Shown here: positions 37,508-51,056 of the stretch, piece after piece
Layout: the number at the start of each line of letters is the position of its first letter
Position numbering within the stretch: position 1 is the stretch's first letter
From: Octopus sinensis
Taxonomy: Eukaryota
Length of the DNA stretch: 64,000 bases
Reading direction: 5' to 3'
Assembly (NCBI RefSeq): GCF_006345805.1
Contig: NC_042999.1
Location: 116,870,001-116,934,000, forward strand
Notes under the pieces: model-generated
The model's database searches: none
What the model was told of the DNA's origin: nothing
The model's input: the letters and a program-made list of their open reading frames with translations, nothing else
Translations under genes and position numbers: made by a program

Positions 37508-39202
37508 TCCAAAATCAGAAAGGAATCGGCTTAAAATTGAACAACTCGATAAAAAAAAAATTAGGCTGTGTGGTAAGTAGCTTGCTTACCAGTCACATGG
37601 TTCCGGGTTCAGTCCCATTGCGTGGCACCTTTGGCAAGCGTCTTCTACTAAAGCCTCGGACCGGCCAAAGCCTTGTGAATGGATTTGGTACGCAGAAACT
37701 GAAAGAAGCCTGTCGTACATATATATATATATATAATTTCTTTACTACCCACATGGGGCTAAACACAAAGGGGACAAACAAGGACATACAAACGGATTAA
37801 GTCTATTACATCGACCCCAATGCGTAACTGGTACTTAATTTATCGACCTCGGCGGAATTTGAACTCAGAACGTAACGGTAGATGAAATACGGCTACGCAT
37901 TTCGCCCGGCATGCTAACGTTTCTGCCAGCTCACCGTCGTGTGCTATTTTAATATTATTTAATGATGTAGGGTGACGTGCAGGCAGGATTGATACCCTGT
38001 TGGATAAAATGCGTAGCCGCATTTCGCACGGTTTGAGTTCAAATCCCGGTGAGGTCGACTTTGCTTTTCATCATTTCGAAATTGATGAAATCCGTACAAG
38101 TAGAGCACTGGGGTCGATGTAATCGACTTATCCCCGACCCCGAAATTGCTGGCATTGTACCAAAGTTTGAAACCAATATTCTTTACTAATGTGATATTCT
38201 TCTATTTGGCATTCGTTTTAGTTAATATCTTCTTTAGTACCTTCACCCCAAACAAATATAAAGGCTATATAAAACTCCTTATTATGTTTGTATTCCCTAA
38301 TATTATTATCAGAATCTGTAAACGACCCGATAAATCATCGGACACCATGCGTCGACAGTTGTTTCATCAGGTCGCTTGTGGATTTTATTTAACTGTTGCA
38401 TACGTGTTTGTATCGTGTGTCCTTGGTCTAGAAATTCTACGGGCTGAGACTCATGGTGCATTGCTGTTTAGAATTATATCTGAACACACACTCTATGTAC
38501 TGGCAATTTCTTAGCATTTGTTTATCAATAAAATACTCAAATTGCTATAGCATTCAACAACTTGTCTATTAAATATGTGTTCCACTCCTTTTACGCTTTA
38601 TAAGCATAACATTTCCACACCTCTATAAAACATAAAGGTAGAGGTGACAAACAAACGTATACAGTATAATACACAATAGAAAGTGGACACTAATTGTCTC
38701 CATTAAAACCAGAGTAACAACTACAACAAACAAATTCAACCATTCACAAATAACACCTATGAAAACTGCCATTATACATCAAAGTACACGATGCAACTTA
38801 CAACACATTTATAATACTTTTAAAATACAAAATAGGTAAAACACACACGCACTCACTCACACACTTACTAAGTGTTCATTATGTCGTTCAGCTCCAGTTC
38901 AAACATAATCAAACAAACATATCAAAAGCACTCGACCATGGCCGTTCTGTTTTTGTGGGGCGAGGAGTCTCTTCAGCGTGTCGTCCTCATTTTAAGATAG
39001 TAGAGAGAGTGTGTGTGTGTGTGTGTTAGTTAAGGGCACTGCAGCTGTCGTTTCTAGCAGTCGAGTACCTGCGTAGAGATTTACTCATTAACCATGAAAT
39101 CAATGGAAAAGTTATTTCCCCTTTCATTCATAATTATTTCGCATCGTGAAGTTTAATAAATTTGCTCTTCGAACAAGGAATGTTGTTTTCGTCTGACAAG
39201 CC

Positions 39203-39236
39203 ATGACTACTGTTAAAAAATATTTAGCAGGAAAAG
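39203..39236 (+). other. Candidate first coding exon segment (MTTVKKYLAGK)
   Basis: gccATG context and AAG|gtatag donor, located at the CpG-retention boundary. Confidence 0.25.
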
Positions 39237-39499
39237 GTATAGTAATTCATTATGAGAAATGTGGTATATGTAATCCAAGAATCACTTTCGTTTGAGCTAA
39301 TAATTGCTTCTGATTTAGTCATAAAGCGAGTAAATTTCAAGGGAGGGAGTCTACACGATCAACTGTTGTACTTGATTGCTACTTTATTTTATAGACTTCA
39401 GAGAAATAAACGACAAAATTGACCTCGGCAGGATTTGAACTCAGAAGGTAAAGTGACAGAACATATACAGTAAAGCATTTTCCTTTTTTTCTTATAATA

Positions 39500-39770
39500 A
39501 TAATAATAATAATGAAATTATTGTATACAATGCTCAGGTGCACCACAACTTGTCAAAAGTGCGTATGAAGTATATGCAGTAATGTACAAATGTCTGGAAA
39601 GCGAACAGTGTATGAGTCAGATACATGCTTGCGTATGTATGGAGGGGAGAAAACCAGGTGTAGTGTTGGTGAATCTCGGGAAGCATGGAAGTTTTGAAGG
39701 ATGCAGTGCTCCAACAACTAACAACTGATGCCGGCAGTTTGTTCCATGCTTCAGCAACTCTTAGCGTGAA
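39500..39770 (-). mobile_element. CR1 LINE 3' end (same family as 60440-61232)
   Basis: Close match to 60962-61232 in reverse, with a (TTA)n tail. Confidence 0.88.
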
Positions 39771-39799
39771 TCTTAAAGGATTCTACTAGTCAATCACTC

Positions 39800-40390
39800 C
39801 TAAAATTTTTAATTCAGGCATAAAGGCAATGAAGAAAGGTAGTTGATTATATAGACCCTAGCATCACACTATTGTTTTGATCTCAAAGAGATAAAAGGCA
39901 AAGTTGACATCAAGAAAATTTGATCTCAGAACATAAAGAGCCAAAAAAATATTGGTTTTAAATTTTGGCACAAGGCCAACAATTTCGGAGGAGGGGATAA
40001 GTTGATTCCATCTACCCAATGCTCAGCTGGTATTTATTTTTATTGACTCCGAAAGGATGAAGGGCAAAGTCGACCATTGCAGAATTTGAACTCAGAATGT
40101 AATGATGGATGAAATGCCATTAAATACTTTGCTGGCATGCTAATGCTTCTGCCAGCTTGCCACCTTAACCAGTACAAATATTGATTTCAAATGTTAGCAC
40201 AAGGCCAGCAATTTCAGGAGAAGGGATAAGTTGATTACATCAACCCCATTATTCAACTGTTACTTATTTTATTAGCCCCAAAAGGATGAAAGTCAAAGTT
40301 GAACTTGACTGAATTTGAACACAGTAGGTGAAGACAGAAGAAATGCTGGTAAGCATTATCAATCACCATGCTAACCCAGCTCCCCACCTT
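39800..40390 (-). mobile_element. Three tandem family A SINEs, CpG-decayed
   Basis: Family A motifs with systematic CG>TG/CA changes. Confidence 0.85.
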
Positions 40391-40664
40391 AACCAGTTCA
40401 GATACTGCACAACATTTTGTCGTCTGTTCAAGCTTGTAGAGTATGTAGTCACCAGTGTAAACAATAAGAAACAAATTTTTACTACTTTACCAATGAGATA
40501 AGTGGAAAGTTGAATGAAAGGATGAGAGAAATCATTGTTTTTGATTCATCAAATGTTTATTGTTAAAAGATTGTGTTAGACTTGACCATTTGTTGAGAAA
40601 CAACAGAGTAACGACACAAAGTTCTTTTCATGCAGTCGCTCAGCTTGACTGGCAGTATAGTTAT

Positions 40665-40793
40665 ATGTAGGACTTTGTCTGGCCCTGGCTGCCCAAGATT
40701 AAAAACTGAATCCATGCACTTGTTGAACAATCAACAAGTGTATGGATTCGGTTTTGAATCCCACACAGGCAGGGCCAAACAAGCAACTACATG

Positions 40794-40832
<39 letters not shown>

Positions 40833-41405
40833 ATATATTTATATAATATATATTAATATATATATATATATACATATAGGCATTGCACGGTGATCGCCAT
40901 AAGCTTTAAGCTTATATAAAAATACCATTATCATTTTTACAGGATTGTGAAAATGGCGCCGTATAAAAAACCATTTGCACCAAAATATATATATATATAT
41001 ATTTCGGTGCAAATGGTTTTCAATACAGCGCCGTTTCTACAATCCTGTAAATAATAATAATGGTATTTTTATATAAGCTTAAAGCTTATGGCAGTCACTG
41101 TGCAATGACTAAGGAAAATAATCTAATAAAGGGACATATAAGCCCTCGACAGAAAAAAAGAAGGGTTTCCTGAAAAGCCTTCTTTTTTCTGTCGAGGGCT
41201 TATATGCCCCTTTATCAGACTATTTTCCTTAGTCATTGCACAGTGATCGCCATAGGCTTTAAGCTTATATAAAAATACCATTATTATTATTTACAGGATA
41301 TATATATATATAGGACTTTGTTTGGCCCTGCCTGCCTGGGATTCAAAACCAATTGATGCCTGATGAATGTACGCATGTACGGGAAACTATTAGTAATGCA
41401 ATAAG
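40665..41405. mobile_element. Nest of fold-back repeats in (TA)n (probable PLE pseudo-LTR debris) with a hammerhead-like motif at 41351-41402
   Basis: Palindrome at 40665-40792, forward/reverse/forward accordion at 40881-41299, a third arm copy at 41311-41350, then CTGATGA-A-TGTAC(GCAT)GTACG-G-GAAA-CTATTAG-TA. Confidence 0.72.
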
Positions 41406-41411
41406 TACATG

Positions 41412-41459
<48 letters not shown>

Positions 41460-41460
41460 T

Positions 41461-41508
<48 letters not shown>

Positions 41509-42019
41509 ATGACAGAGAGAGAGAGAGCAAGAGAGAGGGTGAATAAATGAAGGCTAGTCTCCTCTACCATAATGTAATTTTTAAGTTGATAGCAGTTTTG
41601 GTATTTCATATTGCAGATTCTTCATACTTATGGATCTGGTTGTTGACCATCTGAGTTGCTAGTAACTTCAACTTATCTAGAAAATGTCTCCAGTACTTGA
41701 CTGGCACTTTATTTTTATCATCCCAGGAGAAATGAAGGGTGAAGTTGACATTGGTAGGATTTGAATTCAGGCCATAACTAAATAATGATAATAATACTGC
41801 TTTCAAATGTTGGCACAAGGCCAACAATTTAATTTGGGGTTGGAGAGTCGATTGCATCGACCCCAATGCTTAACTGATACTTATTTTATTGAACCCGATA
41901 GGATGAAAGTCGACCTTAGCAGAATTTGAACTCAGAACATGAAGATGGACAAAAGGTTGCTAAGATAATATACCTCCTGAATTAGTGGAAAGCTGCCAAT
42001 TTTAGAATAACATCTGGAG

Positions 42020-42962
42020 GCAAGAGGTTTCTCACAACCAAAGTGCTGAGTAGATTCATTCTGTGAGATCCAAACTCCATCGCCCTGAGGCTGCAAAATA
42101 GGACTATGTGTGTATAACAACAGAAGATGTAATTGAACAAGTATTAAAACTCTCAAATTGGGGAGCGACAGGGCTAGATGGACTCTAAGGCTACTGACTC
42201 AAGTGGTTTAGGTCAACACACAAATGAACTAGGTTGCAATTAGATGATTGCCTACAGAGTGGTGTAGTTCCAGAATGGATTGTTGAGGGAAAGACAATAT
42301 TGTTGATGAGAGTTTAGTCTAAGGGCAGTGAGGTTGGCAATTACTGACCCATTGCTTGTCTTAACCTCTTACGGAAAGTATTAACAAGCATCCTCGCAGG
42401 GAAGATATATATGTTCCTTGTGGAAAACAAGCTACTTCCAGAAGAACAAAAAGAATGCTAAGAAAAGGATCCAAGTGCAACAAGGACCACCTTGTGATAG
42501 ACAAGGTCATAACGAAGAACTGCAAACAGTACCAAAAAGAACTTATGTATTGCATGAATAGACTTTAAAAAGGCTTATGCCATGATGACACATTCGTGGA
42601 TTCTGGAAATACTCGGGATGTGTGAAGTAGCTGAGAATATGTGTACACTGATCAAGAACAGCATGCCTAGTTGGAAAACACGTCTTTCCTGTAACAACCA
42701 AAACTTAGCTGAGGTAACAAACAAAAGAGGTATCTTCCAAAGAGATTCTTGTTCACCTTTGTTATTTGTTTAGCCTTGATCCCACTTTGGAAAGTCAACA
42801 TGCAGTACAAGCTGAGTAAGAATGAATCTCATCCCAACTATCTTCTCTTCGTGGATGATTTTAATCTGTTTTCAAAAGTAGAGACTGAGATGGAGAGGCT
42901 GGTTGAGACTGTACAGATAAGCTGTAAGGATATAGGAATGGAATTCAGGATCTCAAAGGGTA
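42020..42962 (+). mobile_element. R4/Dong-like LINE RT fragment (second subfamily)
   Basis: NWGATGLDG, VPEWIVEGKTILL, NY*PIAC, KDHLVIDK, DFKKAYAMMTHSWI, RGIFQRDSCSPLLF, YLLFVDDFNLF, DIGMEFRISK. Confidence 0.88.
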
Positions 42963-42964
42963 AC

Positions 42965-43446
42965 ACCAGTGTGCATGTATGATAGAGTGCAAATGATTTA
43001 AGAGAGAATTAGGTATAAGAGGCATCAATTGCAGTGTGCAGAAGTGAAGACTGTGCTGATGCGGTCATGTGATGCATATAGATGAGGACAGCTGCATAAA
43101 GAAGTGCCAATATTTAATTGTGGAAGGGGTAGACCCAGGACGACATGGGATACAGTAATGAGAAAGGATCTTCAGATGTTGAGACTCATGGATGAGATGA
43201 CAAGGGACCGAGACTACCAGCAGTTTGCTGTGCTTGAGAAGACATGTCAAGCTAAGTAAAACTATGGCTGTCCACACATTCAGGAAGGGCCCCTCAATTA
43301 TTGATGTCACTAACCCTTTCCTCCCAGTTCACCTCATCTCCACAGAAACCATACCAAAACAAACAACTGGAACCTGACTAGCTCCTGTCAAACCGTCCAA
43401 CCCATGCCAACATGGAAAGTGGTTTTTAAATGAAGATGATGATGAC
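42965..43446 (+). mobile_element. RTE-type LINE 3' end with (GAT)n tail; related fragment at 46435-46720 +
   Basis: GRGRPRTTWDTVMRKDLQMLRLMDEMTRDRD, then tail aaaccgtccaacccatgccaacatggaaag...gatgatgatg. Confidence 0.8.
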
Positions 43447-43560
43447 ATTTGTATCAATATAACTATTGGGGCACTTAGCTATGTTAGTGAATGTTTAAGT
43501 GATTATTTCACAAAGTTAAGATCTTTAGCCAAAGAAAATGACTTTGTAAATACAATATGT

Positions 43561-43880
43561 GTGGAGGCGCAATGGCCCAGTGGTTAGGGCAGTGGACTCA
43601 CAGTGGGAGGATTGCAGTTTCAATTCCCAGACCAGGCGTTGTGTGTGTTTATTGAGTGAAAACACCTAAAGCTCCACGAGGCTCCAGCAGGGGATGATGG
43701 CAACCCCTGTTGTACTCCTTCACCCCAACTTTCTCCTATGCTTTCTTCCTGTTTCTTGAGTAATGCTGCAATGGACTGGCGTCCCGTCCAGCTGGAGGGA
43801 ACACATACGCCATAGAAACCAGGAAACTGGGCCCATGAGCCTGGCTAGGCTTGAAAAGGGTGCATAAAAAATAATAAATT
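43561..43880 (+). mobile_element. SINE family C copy with 12-bp TSD
   Basis: tRNA-like head and core gcaatggactggcgtcccgtccag. TSD aatacaatatgt at 43549-43560 and 43881-43892. Confidence 0.88.
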
Positions 43881-45058
43881 AATACAATATGTATGCAGAA
43901 TACTAAAAATATGCAAGACTTTTCTAAAGTTTGGCATGTAACACTCATTGCTTTTGTTATCCAAATTCCAATGATAGAACTTTGTTTCTTTATTAGAAAT
44001 CCATTCTTTCCTCGTAGGAGGAATTCAGTTAATTAAAAAAAAACAAAAAAACTAATAAACAGAAAGTGAAGTTATACACACATACACACATACATATATA
44101 CATATGTCTGACAAGCTTCTGTACTGTTTGCATCTACCAGATCACTCTCACAAAGCATTGATCAAGCCATGGTTATGTTAGAAGATTCTTTCCTAAACTG
44201 TTTCACAGTGGAATCAAACTAGGAACCACAAGGTTTTGCCAAGGCCAAAAAATATCTTACCAAACATATATCTACTTAACTTAGTAAAAAAACAAAATTG
44301 TGAAAAATTAAACAAATAAATAAATAAATAAAATTAAACAAATAAATAAATATATTTCTTTCTATTGAAAAAAAAAAGAAAAGAATATTGTTTCACTAGA
44401 TTCAATAATTTCTGAAAATCAAAGTAGACATTTAAATAATCAATTGAACAAACAAACTGGATAAAAACAGAGACAACCAAATTTTTGATCTTTTTAGTAT
44501 ATTGGGTGGTAGGAATGATGGTAGGGATGAACAGCAACAAATACTACCAGCTCACATTTTGCTTTCATTGTTTATAGCAATGAATAGTATGACCACTGAA
44601 TGGATTCAATAATGCAGAGGTCTATAAACATATATGTGTGTATGTATATATGTATAAACACACACAAACTCACACGCACTCACACACACACACACACACT
44701 CACACACATTGGCTGAATGATCAAAGGATGTTATATAGTGTACTTGTTTATGGAAAGCATCCCCCACCCCACCCCAGCAGAAACCAAAACTATGGTTTAA
44801 GGATTGTATAAAGTTCTCATTAAAGATATGTGAGGTATAGTTGGAAAAGAAAAGTTGAAGGCATGTGACGTCAGTTGGAAAAGCAATGCTTGTCATAACC
44901 AATTGTGGAAATGAGTAAAAGAAGGAGTGGTATATTTGAAAAATACATTTGCATTCTTAAAGTAAGCGAATTGCTTGAAAATGCATTGCCAGTGTAGTGA
45001 GTGGGGGAAGTTTTGTTCCTCCGCAGTATCTTTTGATAAATATATCTATCAAGAGTTG

Positions 45059-45290
45059 AAGGCAACGAGCTGGCAGAAACGTTAGCGTGCCGGGCGAAAT
45101 GCGTAGCCGTATTTCGTCTGTCGTTAAGTTCTGAGTTCAAATTCCCCCGAGGTCATCTTTGCCTTTCAGCCTTTCAAGGTCGTTAAATAAAGTACTAGTT
45201 TCGCACTGGGATCGATGTAATTGACTTAATCCCTTTGTCTGTCCATGTTTGTCCCCTCTATGTTTAGCCCCTTGTGGGATGTAAAGAAAT
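45059..45290 (+). mobile_element. Young family A SINE (CpGs largely intact)
   Basis: Close to the 10950-11195 copy in reverse. Confidence 0.88.
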
Positions 45291-45409
45291 ATATATCTAT
45301 CGATCAGAAGTCACCAGCAGAGCCGCAAATGTAAAACATGAATTTGTCTGAGTACACAGTGTTCTTAATGGAAAGTGATCATCATCCTCGGTCTTAAGTG
45401 GATAGCCTT

Positions 45410-45650
45410 TATCATCATCATCATCATCATCATCATTTAACGTCCACCATCCATGCTGGCATGGGTTGAACAGTTTCACAGGAACTGGCCTGACAGAAGA
45501 CTACCCCAGGGTACTATGTCTGTTTTGGCATGATATTTATGGCTGGATACCCTTCCTAATACCAACCAGCCTGCAGAGTGGGCTGAGTGTTTTTATGTGG
45601 CACCAGCATAGGTAAGGTCAGTTTTGGCATGGTTTTTACCGCTGGATGCC
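45410..45650 (-). mobile_element. SINE-like repeat sharing the RTE 3' tail; also 47870-48075 + and 51548-51785 +
   Basis: Core ttggcattaggaagggcatccagccatagaaa plus tail aacccatgccagcatgga...gttaaatgatgatg, shared with 43385-43446. Confidence 0.7.
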
Positions 45651-46794
45651 CTATATGGCACTCTGTCGGTTACAATGACAAGGGTTCCAGTCGATCCAAT
45701 CAGCAGAACAGCTTGCTCGTGAATTAATGTGCGTGTGACTGCGTGCTCCACAGACACATGTACTTTTAACATAGTTCTCAGGGAAATTCAGTATGACACA
45801 GAGTGTGATGAGTCTGGCCCTATGAATTATAGGTACAACTCATTTTTGCCAGCTGAGTGGACTGGAACAATGTGAAATAAAGTGTCTTGCTCAAGGGCAC
45901 AACACATCATTGGGAATTGAACACATGACCTTATGATCATGATTTGAATACTCTAACCACTAAATCATATGCCTTCATAAACATGCACGCACAGATACAT
46001 ATGTATATATGGTAAAGACCCCCTTCAGTCAAGAATGACCATGGCATTGTACCTAGGAAGTTCTCCTCCAAAGCACAAGTCCGGGTAAGGTTGTTTATGA
46101 AAGAGCAGCAGCTGCTCCCGCATACCAGCCTCCCATCTCCATGCCACCAATGTTATCGACGGAAAAGATAAAAGCCAATACAGCTTGGAATCAGTGACAT
46201 CACAACTCATTTCTACAGCTGAGTGAACTTGAGCAACGTGAAATAAAGTGTCTTGCTCAAGAACACAATACACACTCCGGTCCAGGAATCGAACTCACTA
46301 CTTCATGATTGTGAGCCCAACTCTCTAACCACTGAGCCATGCACCTTCACATATTTGTGCATGCATGTATGTGTATGTGTGAGCATGGAAATTAGCTCAG
46401 GCTTGTTATGTGGTTAAGAAGTTTATTTCCCAATCATGTGGGATATAAGAAGAATCACATGTAGTGTGCAAGAAAGAAGCCTGTGATTTTATGGACATGT
46501 TATGCATATGGATGAGGAAAGCTGTATAAAGAAATGTTAATCCCTTAATGTGGATGAAACTGTGGAGGAGGGAGATCTGGAAAAGTATGAAATGAGTGGT
46601 TAAAACTGATCTCAGGACCTTGAACTTCATGGAGGTGATGACAAAGAACAGGGATAACTGGTGATATGTAGTTTCAGGGAAGATCTGTTCACCTCAGTGA
46701 AACTGAGTTCTAGAAGCACTGTGTATGTATCTATATCTGTATATATACATACATACATGTATGAATGTATGCATGCATGTATGTATGTACGTAT

Positions 46795-46990
46795 GTCATT
46801 ATTCAGTTTTATTTCAAGATTTCTTGCTAATAGAGAAAGAGCTGGTTTCTAACCTGGTCCAAGGCTCCTTCCTTGGAATTTCAACACCATTGAAAGGGTA
46901 TTTTTATGTGTGTGTATGTATACATGCAGATTTGTATGTTTTGTTTTATGTATGTATTTTCATGCATATAGTCCCATGTCTAGATATTAT
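46795..46990 (-). mobile_element. 3' UTR-only copy of the RLE LINE at 9306-10105, inside degenerate (CATA)n
   Basis: The reverse complement matches 9715-9775 and 10000-10105. Confidence 0.88.
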
Positions 46991-49900
46991 GTATGTATGG
47001 ATGTTTGTTTGTATGCATGTATGTATATATGTACGTATGTATGCATGCACATATGTATGTATGTTTGTATGTATGTATGTACACATATACATTACATATA
47101 GGACCTTTACCCAATCTCCTCCTTAAATAACCCATTGCCACCCATCATCTCTTTAACTGTAGCTCTCCTTTGATATCACTTATTTTTCTCATTGCCCAGA
47201 ACCATTTCACTTGGTATCCATTCTTCTTCCATTAATACTGCCCTCTCCACCAACAGTTTACATTGATCACCTCTCTCACTCCTCCCCCCACATGCAATGA
47301 GCCACCAACACTCTCCTCATGCATTGTGCCATCATCTCTCTCCCTCCATTCCAGCATCTTACCCAGCCACATGTCATCTCTCTCATCCTTCCCCTATCTA
47401 CTCTATCATCATTACTATCAGGATGGGGGTTTCTCTCCCCCATCACACATTTTTTTCTGAATTCCCAACCACTCCCAAATCATGCATCATTGACCATTTC
47501 CCCTCCCCTTTTCCCTTATTCACTACATCCACCTTCAACCATTCCCAATCTTTGCAGTTGTTGCCAACCTCCCTTTCTCTCCCTCATTCCCCAACTTCTT
47601 GCTCTACACATATACTCTTGCAAACAAATATACTCCTATTTCTTCTCTTCCCATTCAATTCTATTCACTTTGTACATTGAGGGGCTACCTGAGAACCTCA
47701 TCACCACTATTTTATTTCTTTCCAGCTCCACCCGATCATTCTCTCCCTCTCTTCTAAATGTGAATAGCCATGCATCTCCTCAACAACAAGAAATCCGCCC
47801 CGCCATCAGCTTTCAAACTTCAACCCATCATCTCCTTGCATAAAACCATTCCCTCAGAGTTTGAAGTACAAGGCCTCAGTAGTGTTGGTGGAAAAAAAAA
47901 GCATCCAGTACACATTGTAAAGTGATTGGCATTAGGAAGAGCATCCAGCCATAGAAATTATGCTAAAGAAGACACAGAACACGATGCATTCCTTGGATCC
48001 ACTGGGTCCTGTCAAAACATTGAACCCTTGCCAAAATGGAAATTGGGTATTAAATGATTATAATGATGATGATGGTGGTGGTGGTGGTGGTGCTGGTAAT
48101 ATATGCTAGCAACACACAGCACAACTTTGACTGACAAGTTGCTATCCCAATACCTGGCCAACTGTGTTCTCAAAAAAAAAAAAAGGGTACATTTCGACTG
48201 AAATATAAACACATCATGTGTTTGGAATTTGAAGACAATTATTGATCTGGAGATCAATAGTAGTATGACAGCTTAAGTCATTAATCATTTTCATATTTGC
48301 AGAGAGTTTAAAGTATTTGAGTGAAATTTGACATTTATCACCATGGGTTGTGCCTTGATTGAGCAGAACAGCCTGATGGTTAAAAGGCATTCCAACTGTG
48401 ACCTTTCCATCTTATTTACAGACAGCATTTAAGACCACACTATGTTACGTACCCTTGCTTATTTAAAAAAACAAAACCCCAAAAAAGATGATAGGGTGTA
48501 ATTTTTGGCAGATTTAGATGCTATTCCCAGCAGGGCAAATGACCATGTTGAGGTTCTCCCATTGGTTCCTTATGAGTTTTGGTAGTATATATGTGAAGGG
48601 TAGGTAATACACTGGGTGTTGATTTGATTATCATCTACATCTTTTTCCTTCCCATGAAAACTGGCATTGTGCCTCGTTGAAAGAAATCAATATCATCAGT
48701 CTCCCCTCAAATCAATATTACATCATCAGCCTCCCTCCGAATCAATAATATTACATAACAGCTAAAGAAATCAATAATTTCATTGTGTGTTTGTGATAAG
48801 CACTGCTGGCTAGAAGTAAGTTCTTGCGTGATTGTTAGTCAGAACCCTCTCTTTCTCCACAGTTCTAAAACCACCTCGTGTATACCACTAAGGACTTTCA
48901 GAAAAGTATGAATGCTACAACATCACCTTCTTTCCCCCAGGAGTTTGGACAACTGAACTGATTCCTCTAGTATATTACTGTTACTTATTTTATGAATCTC
49001 TGAACAAAAAAACAAAAACAAAGCTGTTCCTTAGTAAGATTTAGACAATTGGATTGTTATGGATGAAAGTAAATTTTTAAGAGGCATTTTGTCTGGTGAA
49101 CTGCTACTTCAGACATCTTTACTGCTTCTTATCAGACAATATTACTGATCAAAGCTATCACTGATTGCTATGTAAATATTGATTTTGGCTTGCTTCTATT
49201 ATGTTATATATAAAGACAGTGTAGAAGTCACATAATTTTTAGACAGCTGGACATTTCTGTTATGTAATATTTTAAAAAGGCTGTATAGAAGTCATATATT
49301 TATTAGGCAATTGGACTGTCTTATAAGTTCAGAATCTGTTTATGTGGACCTTAAATTTTGCAAAAACAGTCTCACTGTTTGTACTGCAATAATGTTTCAG
49401 TTAATGTGCCCCTAGTGTTTACACTAATTTGTTTGCCTAAAATCATTTCCGATATTTTTCTGAGCTGATGCTGAAAACAGAAATATTTTGTTCCTTATTC
49501 TATGCACATAGAAAAATAATTTCTTTCTATACAAGGAAGAGAAATATTAAAGTAATGTTCATATAAACACATGAAAATGCAATCATATGGAAACAGACTC
49601 TCTCTCTCTCTCCCTTTCTCTCTTTCTCCCCCTCTCTCTCACACACACACATACAAGACTTAAGACAGGATATGCACATCAAATAGTCATACATGTAATA
49701 GCAAATGTGCTTGTACAAACATACAGACAAAGCATACAAAAACACATGCTCAAACATGCAGGAAAACTTTTACATTTGAAAAATTATTGTAATAAATAAC
49801 ATTTGAGTTGGTTTCTGCATGTGCACATTTGCTTTTAGTGGTGTTTATGTATGTCATAGTCACAGTTGCCTTGTACATGCATACACACACACACACATAT

Positions 49901-50837
49901 ATATATATATATGCATGCACACACACACACATACACACATACATATAGACATGTATGTAGACATATACATTGACAAAGAGACTATCGTATGCAAGCCCAA
50001 ACATATGTGTACAAGGGAGTGTGCTTGTGTGCGTGTAAAAACTAAGTCTTGGTGAAATTGCTTTGTAGCTGGCAGGCAGAAGAAAACTGATGAGAATGGC
50101 TGAAAGAAACTGGCTCATTTGTTTTACAGGTATCACTAATCTATACTTATGTTGAAACCAAATGAAATCACTTAGATTCTAGTTCAGTTTGGATTATCTA
50201 TATTCACCTCTATTTAGCTTTAAAATAATGCTAAGTTTCTGACAGGTCAAATAAATGGATATTGAGTACACAATCAGAGTACAGTGGAAATCTATGTGAA
50301 AACTGAGATTTTGATTCTTGGTCACAAATATCTCCAAAAATGATTTCTATATACAGTAGTAGTAAGAGGTTTGGTTCTCAACCACTCACATCACCTCATG
50401 TTCAGTCCTACTGCATGGTGTCTTTGGAAAGTTTCTTCTGTTATAGTCTCAGACCAACTGTTATAGCCTTGTGAGTGGATTTGATAACCAGGAAAGTGAA
50501 AAAGGCGGTGAGCTGGCAGACACGTTGGCACGCCAGGCGAAATGCTTAGTGGTATTTCATCTGCTGTTATGTTCTGAGTTCAAATTCCGCCGAGATCAAC
50601 TTTGTCTTTCATCCTTTCGAGGTTGATTAAATAAGTACCAGTTACACACTGGAGTTGATATAATTAACTTAATCCGTTTGTCTATCCTTGTTTGTCCCCT
50701 CTGTGTATAGCTCCTTGTGGGCAGTAAAGAAATAAGAAAAGTGAAAAAGCCTGTCATGTATAAATGTATGTACAGACAGACATAAAAAGTTAGCTTTCCA
50801 ACCACATGATTCAGGGTCCAGTCCCACTTGTATCCTT

Positions 50838-51056
50838 TTAACCCTTTAGCATTTAAACCAGCCTTATCCAGCCAAAATATTCTTCCTATTTTTTGTTCAA
50901 ACTAGCCAGATCCAACCTTTCACACCTACCCTACAATGTTGGTCTGAAATATATACAGTCACATAATTGAAATCTCAAGTCTAAAAGATTAATTCAAAAT
51001 GATGTGAATAAACAAGCATTACATAAGCTAGAATAATCTGAATGGTAAAGGATTAA
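50838..51056. mobile_element. TTAA-flanked piggyBac-like MITE
   Basis: TTAAccctttagcatt ... aatggtaaaggaTTAA. Confidence 0.65.

Noticed and set aside
47100-47860. ORFs of 127 and 174 aa
   Set aside because: C/T-rich low-complexity DNA that is depleted of stop codons, with no recognisable domain.
50083-50108. ctgatgag...gaaa hammerhead-like string
   Set aside because: No stem II, stem III or stem I pairing; a chance match.
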